64,000 nucleotides of DNA from contig NW_005434667.1 in the NCBI RefSeq assembly GCF_000315625.1, forward strand, positions 529,160-593,159. Reading direction: 5' to 3'. The notes under the pieces are model-generated. The model made no database searches. It was not told where the DNA came from and saw nothing but the letters and a program-made list of their open reading frames with translations. This document shows positions 1 to 11,859 of the stretch, in pieces; within the stretch, counting starts at the first letter, position 1; every line of letters starts with the position of its first letter. A program made the position numbers and the translations under genes. Source of the stretch: Guillardia theta CCMP2712 (lineage: Eukaryota > Protista > Cryptophyta).

Positions 1-1269
1 CTGCTCAAGTCCCAGAGGACGAGGAGGGAGCGACTGGCCTCCCTCCGCAGGATGTCCCTCTACAACACTCGCTTCCTCTCCCGCTCCTCCCTCCTCCTCG
101 ACTTGTTCTCCCGGCTCCTCGACCTTCACGCCCCTCCCCCTGTCTCCCTCCATCCCGAGGGAGGAGGAGGAGGAGGAGGAGGAGGAGGAGGAGGAGGAGG
201 AGGAGGAGGACGTTCGAGACCCTGCGGGCGAGTCACCGGGTCAGAGGAGGGCTCCTGGTACCCTCTGGAGGACGGGACTTACGCGTATCGCCTGCACGGG
301 TGCTCCCTCGCGCGATTCTCCTCCTCCTCGGCCCGTCGGTGCCTTCAAGGGCGACACCTCCTCCTCGTCGGCGACTCGGTGATGCGTTACCAGTACATGA
401 GCCTCGCCTCCCTCCTCCACGCGCGGTACCCGGAGCGAACGGGGAACGAGGAGGAGGGGAGGAACAATGTCTGCATGCCGGGGCTGGTGTGGGGGACCTG
501 GCGGAGGTTCTACCTTGACAGCTCTCGAAGTTTCCAAGGAAGAGAACTCTGCGACTGCTACCGGCCCGAGGGCCCATGGAGCCCGGAGTTCGAGATGCGG
601 GTGGAGGAGAACAGATTCTTCTCCCTCCTTCCTCCATCCAACCTCTCGCTCAGCTACCTCCAGGTCTTCGGCGGCTTCCCCATGCATGGTCACTTCCCCG
701 GAGAGTGTCGCCAGCGCTCCTCTTCCTCCTCCTCCTGCTCATTCCACAATCTCTCCCGCGCAGCCCTTACGGCGGCGGCCAAGGTCTTGACGGAGGAGGA
801 GTACGACCACAATCCCCAGCTCGACACCGGCAGCTTCTTCGACTGGCAGGGCGACGTGCCGACTGTTCTCGAGCATGTCGCTAGCGAGATGCAGCCGGAC
901 ATGCTGGTGTTCAACACCGGGCTGTGGGGGGAGCTGAAGGAGGAGGACTACGTGGAGGATGTGTTCGCGGCAGGTTCAAGAGCGGTGGGGAAGGGAGGCA
1001 GCTGCTACTGGAAGAGGACGACGAAGCGGTTCAAGTGCTCGGGAGGGTCGAGGAGATGCGAGCGCCGCACGTGGGTGGCGGAGGAGGTGGAGGATACGGT
1101 GCCACAGCAGAAGGCGAGGAAGCTGGGCTGGGAGGTCTACGACACGGCAGCGCCGACGAGGCTACTGGAGCAGGACGCCTTTGCTGACGGCATCCATCCC
1201 CGCCCGTACGTGTATGAGGAGCTGAACAACCTCCTGCTCAATGCTCTGTGCAACCCTCGAGAGGGATGA
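1..1269 (+). CDS. PC-esterase / trichome-birefringence-like SGNH-fold O-acyltransferase or esterase; possibly 5'-truncated by the window edge
   Basis: ORF 52..1269 has LLLVGDSVMRYQY (GDS nucleophile motif) preceded by a C-x-L..F....A..CL-type segment, a VFNTGLW block and a C-terminal DGIH (DxxH). The frame is open back to base 1. Confidence 0.75.
   Translation: MLKSQRTRRERLASLRRMSLYNTRFLSRSSLLLDLFSRLLDLHAPPPVSLHPEGGGGGGGGGGGGGGGGGRSRPCGRVTGSEEGSWYPLEDGTYAYRLHGCSLARFSSSSARRCLQGRHLLLVGDSVMRYQYMSLASLLHARYPERTGNEEEGRNNVCMPGLVWGTWRRFYLDSSRSFQGRELCDCYRPEGPWSPEFEMRVEENRFFSLLPPSNLSLSYLQVFGGFPMHGHFPGECRQRSSSSSSCSFHNLSRAALTAAAKVLTEEEYDHNPQLDTGSFFDWQGDVPTVLEHVASEMQPDMLVFNTGLWGELKEEDYVEDVFAAGSRAVGKGGSCYWKRTTKRFKCSGGSRRCERRTWVAEEVEDTVPQQKARKLGWEVYDTAAPTRLLEQDAFADGIHPRPYVYEELNNLLLNALCNPREG
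159..210 (+). repeat. (GGA)n microsatellite encoding poly-Gly
   Basis: About 17 GGA units read directly from the sequence. Confidence 0.95.
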
Positions 1270-1555
1270 GGACAGAGTGTTTGCAGGAAGAAGTGATGGT
1301 TGGGACAGACGATGGCAGACAAGGGGAGGGAGGAGGGAGGAGGGAGGGAACGAGGATAGAAGACTGAGTTAGACAGGAGAGTACGGGAGGAGGAGAGGTA
1401 TCAGGTATCTCAATTCGATTTTAAAGAGACTTGTCAGCGATCCTCTGCAAGATCTCACACTTGGTGATCCAAGGAAAACAAGAGGGGAGGAGAGGAGGGG
1501 CAGACTGCGCTCAACTAACTCCTCTGTCCTCCCTCTGCTCTGCATGACTGCGCTA

Positions 1556-3400
1556 TCACTTCTGGAAGTAGGAGTCCCTGTGAACACTTCAGCTGCTCTC
1601 CTCTCCTCCCCTCTTCTACTCACATTCCCTTGTCCAGATCTTCGTTGGAGGGCGCAGCACGACCACCTGCAACTACAGTCACAGGGCCAGCAACGTCCCC
1701 ATGCTCTATTTTCTTGCCTCCACCGCCTCCACCGCCTCCGCGTCCTCCTCGTCCACGCGCGGCGCCACGTCTAGGCCTACACACAGCGTGAGCCTCAGCC
1801 AAGATGCACAGGAGTCTGAAACCTGAATCCTCCTCCTCCGAAGCCTCCTCCACCGAAGCCTCCTCCTCCGAAACCCCCTCCTCCGTAGCCTCCTCGTGCG
1901 GGAGCGCCGATGCCAGTGATGGTCACCCTGCCATGCGGGTCAGCAACAACGAGGGGGCAGGTACCTGTCTCACATTGTGGGCTGCGAGGTAGCGGCCTGA
2001 GCTGGGACGCCAACAAGCGCCTGGAGGATTAGAGCAGGAGCTTCAGTGACAACCGGACGTGCAGCACAACTTGTACCAGCTTCAAAGGGAGACCGTCGAG
2101 CGGGACTCCCTGAAGGCCCTTGAGCACCTATCGCAGAGATGATAAGAAGCTCGGAACAGGGCGAGCTCGTCGCAAGAATGACCTTCTCCGCATGTGCTCT
2201 CTGTCTGAAGACAACTTCACCCTGACCAGTTGAGGCTCCATCCTGCAAGACCATCAGAGATTCGGAATGACGATCCTCCCTCCACAAGACACAAGGCACG
2301 AGAAAATCGAAGCAGGTCAGATAACAAGCATTTGCGAGCATTACTTTCTTGTAAAAGATCTCGGCGCTCTTCACAGGTCCACCGTGTTCTTCACAGAGCT
2401 CCTATATCGATGGATTAAAAACATGCCAGTGGCAATTTTAAAGCTGGATGGACCTCCAAATCCTGGTCCGTAACTCCGGGGGCCAGGTTTGACACGAGCA
2501 TCTTCACACCTGCTGCAGAAAACATTCCGAAAAACATGAGTTTAACCTGTCAAAGAATCTTGCCATCGATAGCAAAGATGAGATGAGCAGTGCGCGAGAC
2601 AAATGCTTCTCAGAGCCACAACAACCCATCCTCCAGCTGAAACATGATACAGACTCTTTGGGCCCATGAATTGTCACTAGAAACTGAAAACAGCTTCCAC
2701 AAAACAGGGCAAGTCGACAACGCTCGAGTTGAACAAGATGAAGGACCGCTATCGTCAATACCAGTGGAAAGCTCCTTGGGCGCCGCCGGCTCAGGATCCG
2801 TGCGATCATCATGCATGTAAAATCCGCCTGCCACCAACTTTATCCCTTGCAGGAGGGTAAGTGACGCTTTGATGATTGAGAAATTAATGAGAAGCTCGGT
2901 CCATCAGTGCAACCACAAACCACGCGGTTGAGACTTCAACCGTGCAGATATGCTAGCACGAGTTTCCAAAGCAGAGGCAGAAAGAATGAAGAATTGCATT
3001 CAACCTGTTGGTGGTTCCGCAAATACGTCTGCAGGGCGTCCGAAGCCTCCTCCACCGAATCCTCCTCGTCTGGCGTAAGGCGCAGGACGTCTGCCGACGT
3101 TTCCTCCTCGGCCACTGCGAATAGCTCCTCCTCTGCCTCCGCCGCCTCTTCCTGTAACATCGGCAGGTCCAAAGGAAGATGATGAATCAGTTGGGTCCAG
3201 GAAGCAATTCAAATAGAACACGAGCAGACAACTCTCCAAGCACAGGCCACGGAGATTGAAAAGACACAGCACGTCGCACTTCTGTGAACACTGTACTGAC
3301 CACGAGGTTTGCCCTTGGACGATTTGTCCATCTTGACAACGTCATCTAATGCTAGGTCGACCTGTTCGACAAGAGATCAATCCACCACGTCATTGACGGC
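1556..3400 (-). CDS. ALYREF: ALY/REF mRNA export adaptor (THO complex subunit 4), multi-exon; first exon not located
   Basis: Stitched minus-strand exons give an N-terminal REF motif VDLALDDVVKMDK (~3360-3320) and RGG-rich segments. They also give an RRM (KMLVSNLAPGVTDQDLE|ELCEEHGGPVKSAEIFYKK|DGASTGQGEVVFRQRAHAEK, ~2505-2180) and a C-terminal REF motif EDLDKGM|DSYFQK* with the stop at 1556. Confidence 0.85.
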
Positions 3401-5312
3401 TCAGCTTCCTGTCTCCCCATCTAAAGCAACACGGTCCTCCCCTTCCTATGTCTAAACTGCTGGAAGGTTGCATTATCAGTATCTACTTGTAGAACTCAAC
3501 AGACTTCTAACCGACCCCCGTGTCAATGATTGAATGCTGCAATAGAACAATCGTGCGCCCTGTAGACCCAAGAAGAAACTTGAGATAAGGAGCGGAATTC
3601 CATATGATCCAATGATGCGCAGTGAGCTTTCAGGCGACATTTGTGCATCTTTCAGAGGCGTGCTCACCAAACCTCACGATACCGCTTCAATGCAAGGGTT
3701 GAGAGAGTAGAGAAGTGCAACAACAAAGGATAGAGGGAAGGGTGGAAGCTCCTCGATGACAAAAATGTGCCATGGAGATCAACGTGACCAGGGCAGGCTG
3801 AGGTTCTGGTTGACTGGTGAGGGTGCAGGCCTTCCGGTGTTTCTCAGTGCAAGAGGGGCCGTGCACTTCAAGTGAGATTGGCTAACGCACGCCATTGCTG
3901 ATGGAAGTTTATAACCTCTTGCTCCGTAGAGCAAGTGCATCATGCTGTTCAGCCCTTTCCCCTCTGCAGTCTTGCTGATACTGGAGTTCTGAAAACTCGC
4001 GCCAGAGAATGTAACCAGAAAGAAAAGGAAAGCCGCCATATGCATTCCATGTGTGACTGCATCTCACCCAGAATCGATTATCTCTGCACGCACTAACCCT
4101 GCCATCATGGAAGTCCTTGGCCAAGGCCAGTCCCGCACGCCTGAACCCCTAGCTACAACTATCGGCTGCAACACAAGACTTCTCGTGTTCAGCATCAAAG
4201 CATCGCACGTTCGATTTCGCAAGACCAGGCCAGATGAACCAGTCCTGCATCGCTCTCTATCATACCTCTTCCTACCATCAACATGAATCCCCGTCGAGAT
4301 CCTCTGCAAAACACCATCCAACCCCTTCAACAATCCTTCCATCTTGAACCACCTTATCCTCGTCCACTCATCTCATCTGATGCCTTGATTCATCTCCTCT
4401 TCTGTTCTTCTCGTCCTCTCGCTTCACGTCCCCTCCTCTTCCTCCATGTCAGCAAGCCACCTTTTCTGCCATCGTCGCCGCGCCTCGCTGTCCTACCACC
4501 CCACCCTCCTTACAACACCTGGACTCTGGCCAGAGTACCCCTAACCAAGACCTTTGGACTACCCACTACAAATACCAGGACTACCCCGTCATATTCCCTG
4601 CAATCCAGCTACCACCCCACCCATCGATGCTGCCTCTCGTCAAGACTACCCTACCCCTTATCCCCTCGACGGACCCCTATAGGATCCCTGCCTCACCCGC
4701 TCCACCCCTTGCTAAAGGCCCTTCCGCACGCGCCAATATGAGGATCATCCAATTTTGAAAAGTTTATCTATAATTTGAAAATTGAGAGCATCAAAATGAC
4801 TGTTTGCTGGACTTCCATATTTGGTATTTTAGATTAGCTAAACACAAAAATAATATATGTATTATCTTATCTTGTTTTGTAATGGCATCGCCCTCATCCT
4901 ATTCTTTTGTTCTCTCGCAAGTTGGCGAAATTTTTAGCTCAAGTACCCCAAGTAATTGACGACATTAAACTATGAATACCCCTTATTTTTGGCAAATAAA
5001 TCTGAATCGTAAATAGGTGGGGTGTAAGTACCCCTGGAGTAGTTTGCTCGCAAACTTTGAAGAAAAACAGGTTCGTGGATCCACAAACCCTGTTCACCTG
5101 AAGGACACTCCCTCCCCCTCCCTCCCTCCCTCCCTCCCTCCCTCCCTCCCTCCTGGTCTTGGTCGAACCTCCCTATTTCTCAATCTTGTCTTGTCCCTCG
5201 TACCTCCCTGCCTCACCCTTGCTCTTCATTCTGAATCAGCTCAGAAGCACTTCATCATCGATTCGGTAAGAGTTTTGCACGGGCGTTTGAGCTCTGTGCT
5301 GTCCTCCAAACC

Positions 5313-6983
5313 ATGACCAATCAGCATTGGGGATATCTAATAATTGAAAACGGCCAAAGAATCATGCTCGAGGAGGACAGCTTCAAGTTTGGAAGGTTTC
5401 ACATCACCAATTCAGACAAGAGTCTAGTCACCGTCAGCAAGCAGCACTTCGAGGTCTCGAGAAGACCAGGAGATGATGGAAATCAAGCATACTTCATCAG
5501 AGACATCTCACGCAACGGAACGCAGCTCAAGGTCGGAGAAAACCTTGAAAGGCTCGAAAGAGATCGTTGGCATGACTTGCACAGTGGGCAGGTGATCGTG
5601 ATAGGAAATTCCTCGCAGGCAGGCCCACAGCAAGGAAGCTTTTTTGAGATAGTGTTCGAGGAGACTGCCGCTGAGAGTATGCGAGGTTCCTTGTCAAGAA
5701 ACCCTTCGTCTCTAGAACCAGCCGCTGGCTCTCGGGTCCTGAACAACCCAAGTCACTCTCACGGAGATCGGGCAGGGCAGGGCCGGGTGAAACCTCAAGG
5801 GCAGGGGGAGGTGTCCTGCTCCGTTGCCGATTCCGCCAAGAAACGAACTCTGGAAAATGACGAGAATATGCAAGCACAGAAGCAGAGGAGAAGTGAAGCA
5901 AGTGAAGGGGCAGGAGAAGGCCTTTCCTGTTCACTTGAAGTTGGCGTCGTTCGGGTCGATTTGACCAGTGCGAATGATGTCACTGTTGAGCTGGAGCCAG
6001 TCGCCGGAGCGAAAAGTCCTGTTAGAGAAAGCTCCTCCCAATGGAACTCAGCAAGTCCTGTTAGAGAAAGCTCCTCCAAATGGAACTCAGCAAGTCCTGT
6101 TAGAGAAAGCTCCTCCAAATGGAACTCAGCAATACTGGCAGGACCCGAGGCAATACAACCCGTGGTGACGACTGAGAGTGAGAGACCTGGAGCGATGAAT
6201 GAGCTAGAGAAGTTACAGAAGACGTTGCGAGAGAAAGACTTGATCATCGAGGGATATGAGAAGAGAATCGCAGAGTTGGAGGAGACCATTTCAAGGAACA
6301 ACAAGGAAAATCACAAGAAAATCGCAATGGCACAGATCACTGAGTTAGAGAATGAGAACCAGAAGTTGAAAGCAGAGTTTACCTCGCTCAGCCTCAAATT
6401 CGAGTCAAGAGCTGAGAAGATAGACTTGCAAGCAAAGGAGCTGGTTGAAGCTGGCAAGAAGTGCTCTAACCTAGAGGAAACGTTGAGAAGATTCCAAGAT
6501 GGGACCCAAATCCAGGCTCGGACTGTGATGAAGGAATGCGACTATGCATACAGTGCTGCGATGTCCCTGCAGAAAGAGATCGAACAAGCGGGGAAAGAAG
6601 CCTCCAAGTTGATCCATGAGTTGCGGCAAGATGTTAATAGGCAGAAGGGAGCGTTTGCAGAGAAGGAGAAAGCGGACCAAGAAAAACAAAGGATGATGGC
6701 GCTTGTTCAAGGCGACGTCCGTTCGCTCTGCTCGATGACTTCGCAACTGGTCAACGACTGTGTCAATGAGATTCAAAACGCGGAGCGAGAAGTGAGGAAG
6801 ACTGAAAGAAAGCTTTTGAGGGCTCGACGATGGCAGGCGGCCTTTCGAACGAAGCAAGAGGAATGCTTCGACGAGTTCCTCTCTCTTCACCGCAACGCTG
6901 TCGAATTTGACTTTAACGAAAGCTGCGAGAGCGAAAGCGACGAACTGACTGACAGTCACCCTCAGTCTCAGTCGCAGCCATAA
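5313..6983 (+). CDS. FHA-domain protein with long C-terminal coiled coil
   Basis: Single 556 aa ORF. FGR...VSKQHF...DISRNGT are the FHA conserved motifs, and the C-terminal half is heptad-rich in E/K/L. Confidence 0.85.
   Translation: MTNQHWGYLIIENGQRIMLEEDSFKFGRFHITNSDKSLVTVSKQHFEVSRRPGDDGNQAYFIRDISRNGTQLKVGENLERLERDRWHDLHSGQVIVIGNSSQAGPQQGSFFEIVFEETAAESMRGSLSRNPSSLEPAAGSRVLNNPSHSHGDRAGQGRVKPQGQGEVSCSVADSAKKRTLENDENMQAQKQRRSEASEGAGEGLSCSLEVGVVRVDLTSANDVTVELEPVAGAKSPVRESSSQWNSASPVRESSSKWNSASPVRESSSKWNSAILAGPEAIQPVVTTESERPGAMNELEKLQKTLREKDLIIEGYEKRIAELEETISRNNKENHKKIAMAQITELENENQKLKAEFTSLSLKFESRAEKIDLQAKELVEAGKKCSNLEETLRRFQDGTQIQARTVMKECDYAYSAAMSLQKEIEQAGKEASKLIHELRQDVNRQKGAFAEKEKADQEKQRMMALVQGDVRSLCSMTSQLVNDCVNEIQNAEREVRKTERKLLRARRWQAAFRTKQEECFDEFLSLHRNAVEFDFNESCESESDELTDSHPQSQSQP
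6013..6131 (+). repeat. 39-bp in-frame tandem repeat x3 (SPVRESSS[Q/K]WNSA)
   Basis: aagtcctgttagagaaagctcctcc(c/a)aatggaactcagc occurs three times in tandem. Confidence 0.95.
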
Positions 6984-7361
6984 ACGAGCTCGCAGCCTCC
7001 CCTCGTTAGAGGTCGTACCAGGGAAGATGTCCAGCATTTAGAACAAAAATTGTCTTTTGAGTTGGACCACTCGACGAGTTTCAAATTGATGACGTGTTGA
7101 TTTTATGTCAAGCCCTACAAGTCTAAATTGCCGATTGTCTTCATTTTGTTCATGACTAAGTTCATCCTACGCTCGTCCCATCAGTTTCATGGATCGTTGC
7201 CATCGCTTTGACCTCCAAAGCTCCGCCTCGGATAGCGTTAATTTAACGGACAAGCTTATGGCTGAGCAGAAATAGGTCAAGGATTAGTGCATGACGAAGT
7301 TACTGTAGGGTGAATATTCGTGTGGATGAAATGTATTGAGAAAGCTTCACGTGTCCCGGGT

Positions 7362-9252
7362 TTATTGAATCGAGCATGACTTCTGCCCTTGCTCCGACAG
7401 CAGCGTCTTTTCTGCAAAGGACGATGGATCGTTGGCGTTCTGGTGCAAACAACACAACGAGTTAGAAAGCAGCCGAGCATTCATAATATCCTCTATCAAA
7501 GTTTGCACGATTGTCAATGACCTTCGGCATGCAGAGACGGTTGCAACTGTACTTGCAGTCTTGCTCCAACCTGCCCCACTCGCTCTCAACACCACCACCT
7601 CTAAGCGCTGGCAAAGAAGCATGTACATCTCATGGCTTCTGTTTGCCCAGAGCTGATCATCGATGGCTCTCTTGATCTCATTCGATTGCTTCCACAGGAT
7701 CGTCAGAGCCAGCCAGGGCCCGACCCGTCGGGCACCTGCAGCACCGGGTTGTCGCTCAGCCCAACCCGAATCAGCGACACGTTCACTTCCAGCGCCCGCG
7801 CGAGAGCGAAGGCGCCCTGATCAGACGTGAGGGGGTCGAGAGGAAACCTTGCTCACCTTCTGTCCGATGCTGTTCCTATTGAGGTACAGCTCGGTCAGGG
7901 TTTGGTTGACGCTCAGCGCGTCCGAGAGGGCGGTCGCCCCGTCGTCCCCGATCCTGTTCGAGCAAAGATTGATCTCCAGCAACGCGCTGCCCGACGGAGT
8001 CAGCGGGGTGCAGCAAGTCCTGGGACGACCTGTTGTTTCGCAAGACCGACGCTATCGATGTCGCCCCAGCATCGCCGATGATGTTGTCGCCCAGCCAGAG
8101 GCTCTGCACCGTGGAGTTCCCGTGCAGACTCCGACAGAGTAGCTGCATGCAGGGCCGTTACTTACCGACAAGATACCCTCCACGCCCCTCTGACGCTACC
8201 GCAATATCATCATCTGCATCGAGTCATCAAACGAATGATGTGCGAACATGGTCGATCACCGTCTAACCCATGATCGTTCAAGTAAACTTGCGGCTGCGGC
8301 TGCTGCATCTGCTATCAACCGCGGGGATCGCACGTCCTACCAAAACTCACATGAGACTTGAGGCTCCTACAGATCTTCTCTAGTCTCTGCTTCCGCGTCT
8401 TCCTGACTTGCTCCAGCGCCACGTCCGCAAGCGCCTGTCGAGGAACAGACCAGCGCTGTGAACATGGCAGTTTGAAAGAAGTGAGCCCACCTGTCGAACA
8501 AGATCGTCTTTAGGGTCAAGCTCCAGTGCCTTAGAGTAGGCAGCATGCGACTGATCCAGCTCTCCTAGGAAGAAGAGCGCCGCTGCTTTCCTCGAGTAAC
8601 CCTTCGGCCAGCCAGGAGCAAGCTTGATCGCTTCCTCAGCGTCGACGAGCGCCTGTTCCATGGAACTCAGGGGAACATGAGAGCGAGGGACCCATGACCT
8701 GCTGGTGCTGACCGAGCTGAGAGTAGCAAGCGCTCCTATTCGATCGTATGACATGGTTCTCGGCTTCTTCCAAGGCCTTGGTGTAGTGATCCAACGCGCG
8801 ATCGAACTCTCCCCTCTTGAAGGCTTCGTTCCCCTTGGTCTTGCAGCCGAAATATCAGCAACTAACATTGGAGATTCAAGTTTGGAGGCTTTCGGACTGA
8901 TACACTAATCGACCTTTGGTAGGAATCTGACAAGTCCTCCGCCGCTAAAACCTTCTCCTCACTTTTAGCACAACTCGATCAGCGCATGGAGGGTTGCGAG
9001 CTACCAAAGTTGATCTCTGATTGTATTTCACTTTGTCTACTCACAGACATGAGTGGTCTCCATACTCGAGCAGTCCAGGTCAGTTGTCCAAGTCGCCCAT
9101 CAGTACACTTCAGGCTCATCCGCAATGCAACAAACTTGAAACGAATTCATTCTTGTCTTTCCTTGTCTCTTTCGCTCGCTTCCCTCACTCTCTCTTCCCC
9201 TCCCTCTCCCTCTCTTGCCCTCGAACCCTCTTACCTTCTCCTCCTCGGCCAT
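7362..9252 (-). CDS. TPR (Hop/STI1 TPR1-like) plus ribonuclease-inhibitor-like LRR protein, multi-exon
   Basis: TPR exons: MAEEEK|TKGNEAFKRGEFDRALDHYTKALEEAENHVIRSNRSACYSQLGQHQQ|ALVDAEEAIKLAPGWPKGYSRKAAALFFLG. LRR exons follow: VQSLWLGDNIIGDAGATSIASVL, LLEINLCSNRIGDDGATALSDAL, LTELYLNRNSIGQK|GAFALARAL. The 3' end is uncertain. Confidence 0.75.
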
Positions 9253-9430
9253 CGCACTCCGCCGGAAGCCCAGTCAAAACTGTGAATATCTAGATGAAGT
9301 TTTTTTTCTTTTTAACTCCATTTTTAACTCAGTGGAAACGCCGCCGGGTCACCCCGGGCCCCGAAACCATTCCGGTCCCTCCGACGCTCATGGCAAGGAG
9401 CCTTGGCCGAAGGCGGCAGGAGGGAAGGCG

Positions 9431-10090
9431 ATGCTGATGAGGACGCTGATGACGAGGACTAGAGTGCTCATGATCGTTGTGATGTCGATCGCGATCATGA
9501 CGATGTTGGTCTTGTGGCTCTCCAAGGTGCGGTGAGAAAAGCTTGTTCTCAACAGTTGACAGTCCTGGAGTCAGGTGTTGACCAGGAACCTGCTCTCGAT
9601 GGTTGTGAACGAACAACGGGAGCAACGGAGAAGCGAAGTGGAACCATCGGCATCAAGTGATCTGTGAATGTGCTAGTCCGCCAGCGACTGATCAAACGCC
9701 GTTCAGCTTTGAGTCCGAAAGTTGTGGATCGTGCGGAGAAAGCAGTGATAACCAAGAGCTCGTGTGCTCTATGTGTTTACGTAATTCCCCCACTGACAAA
9801 ACTTCTTCTTTACTTTCAGGTTAAATATAATCAGTTCGTTGTCTGCTGAGCATCTGACTGTCCGTTGCAGCTTGTTGTTCTCTTTGCCGTCTGCTGCTCT
9901 ATATTTGCATGTCGACTTTGCCATCTCCGCTCCAAAAAGGTTCGAACTTCATCTGTACATTTGTGAACGTTGATGGCCTACAAGGATCTGGGCTTGAGCC
10001 ATCGCATCCGATCACGAGACATGAGGGGGGTCACTACCAGAGAGCCGGGTTGCAAAGAACCAGCGCCGGATGGTTCCAAGGTTACTTGAA
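9431..10090 (+). CDS. Hypothetical small protein with N-terminal membrane anchor, multi-exon
   Basis: Hydrophobic VLMIVVMSIAIMTMLVLWL followed by plausible short GT-AG introns. No family recognised. Confidence 0.3.
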
Positions 10091-10490
10091 ACCACAGGGA
10101 AACCTCACGACTGGCGGAGAAACAGGCACTTGGAGAAGGAGGAGGGAGAACAGCATTAGCTTGTCTTTGAGGAGAAGACGGCTGTGTAGTGCATCCCTGC
10201 GAATGCGGTCAGGAGCCCCCCACGAGGGTCAGGGCCATCAAATCCTCACGTGAGCTGACGGGGCATCCCAACTTGGCGTTGATGCCGGTGCAGCCAGACT
10301 GCAGTTGAACCTGAGCAAACGAGTGTGAAGAGGCAAGGAAACGCTATTGACAAGTTGTCGCTTGGCAGAGGATGTGTAGAGGAATGATGAAAGATGCAGA
10401 AATACAATCATTGAGGGAAGGGTAGAAACGTTTCAAGGAGACAAGACAGAGAGGGACTCGAGCAAATGCTGGCGATCAAAGAGATCAAGT

Positions 10491-11595
10491 TCAGACCGGA
10501 CTGCTTTCGATGTTGACGAAGCCAACCTTCTCAAGGGATTTCAAGTAAGACTCTGGATCCGTGTTTCTGCGACAAAATCAATTAGAGCTTTTCCAGTTCT
10601 TTTGGAACAATTACTTGAAGATGGCAGGGTCATGGTTTCCCTTCTTGATGGCTCTATATTTCATTGCCGAGAGCATCTTTCCTCCTGCACACAGCCAGCA
10701 TCACACCAGCTTTTCCCCCACCAAGAGCAGCTGACACCTGGCTTCAGCACCCTGAGGAGCTCCTTCAACGCTTGCTCTACATCTTCCCAGAAATAGCAGC
10801 AGTTCATGTGGAAGATCTGGAAGGAGGAATGAAGACAAGAAGATAGGCGAATGTTCAACCCTGTCGATGCTGTTGCTTTCGATGAAAGAAAGGTTGTGAA
10901 CATCCCCAAGAACAACTTTCGCCCTTCCATCCTGTATATGCTGAGCGATTTTGGAACTGCTCAGTTCCACCATGTCCTTGGAAAAGGCGCAGTGAGATTT
11001 TGAAATTCGCATGCTTTCTTGTCGCATGAGCTACGATGGTCTACACTTGTCACCTTGGAGACGTCAACGCCGATGACCTTCACTCCTTGGTATCGTAGAG
11101 CTTCTTCGAGACCAACGCCTGCAACATCTCTGTCGTCAATATGGAGTTATGGAACCTCAGACTTTGCGGGCAGCACCAGGACCAATGCAGACCTCGAGAA
11201 GATTTGAGTTCTCCCTGAGATCTAGACGTTGGAGGGAGTCATAGATTCCTGATTCAGGTTCGTTACACACAGGCAAAGAGTCAGCGAGGAGAGCGAGAGA
11301 AGCGAGGAAGCGAGATGGAGACGAAATTCACCTGCTGTGTTGTATTTCGTCATAAAGTTGAGCGCAATGGAACCAAACCAATCATTCTTTGCGCTCCACC
11401 ATTAGCGTTGCAAAGTCAATTCATTTTCAGTTTAAACTCACTTGTGTAAAGGAAAAACGCAATGAAATCTAAAAAGGGAGATTGTCAAGTGTATCGGGAA
11501 ACGCCAACTCTCCAAACCTGTCTCTTGTAAAATCTGTACGCTCCATAGGACAAGAAAACCACCAATAAGTTTAATATGAAAACGATTGGCCGCAT
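10491..11595 (-). CDS. Class I SAM-dependent methyltransferase with N-terminal hydrophobic anchor, multi-exon
   Basis: Exons MRPIVFILNLLVVFLSYGAYRF..., KNDWFGSIALNFMTKYN, GVGLEEALRYQGVKVIGVDVSK, AKVVLGDVHNLSFIESNSIDR and IFHMNCCYFWEDVEQALKELLRVLKPG match Methyltransf_11-type motifs. Confidence 0.8.
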
Positions 11596-11859
11596 ATAGG
11601 CTAGCTGTAAGAGTTGCCTGGCATAAGGATTACAGACGCATATAACCAGTTTTCGAACTGAGCGAGACGCATCTACACAAGCGAAAATCACATATTTTTT
11701 TCTCGCACACAATTTTCACTAGCTAGGCTGAACATGAGAGGTTCGGAGTCGCTTCAGTGACATCACTCTCAGCCGATAGCCTGCCTCCATCTCACTCCCT
11801 GCCCTTGTCCTTGTCCACTTGCAGCACATGTCTGTATGTATGCAGGGTAGATCGCTGGG

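Noticed and set aside
3779-4741. Short ORFs upstream of ALY/REF
   Set aside because: No motifs or consistent exon chain; the 4283-4741 ORF is translation of the pyrimidine/ACCC-rich tract.
6013-6131. 39-bp repeats as a CRISPR array
   Set aside because: The repeats are contiguous with no spacers, lie in frame in a eukaryotic CDS, and no cas genes are present.
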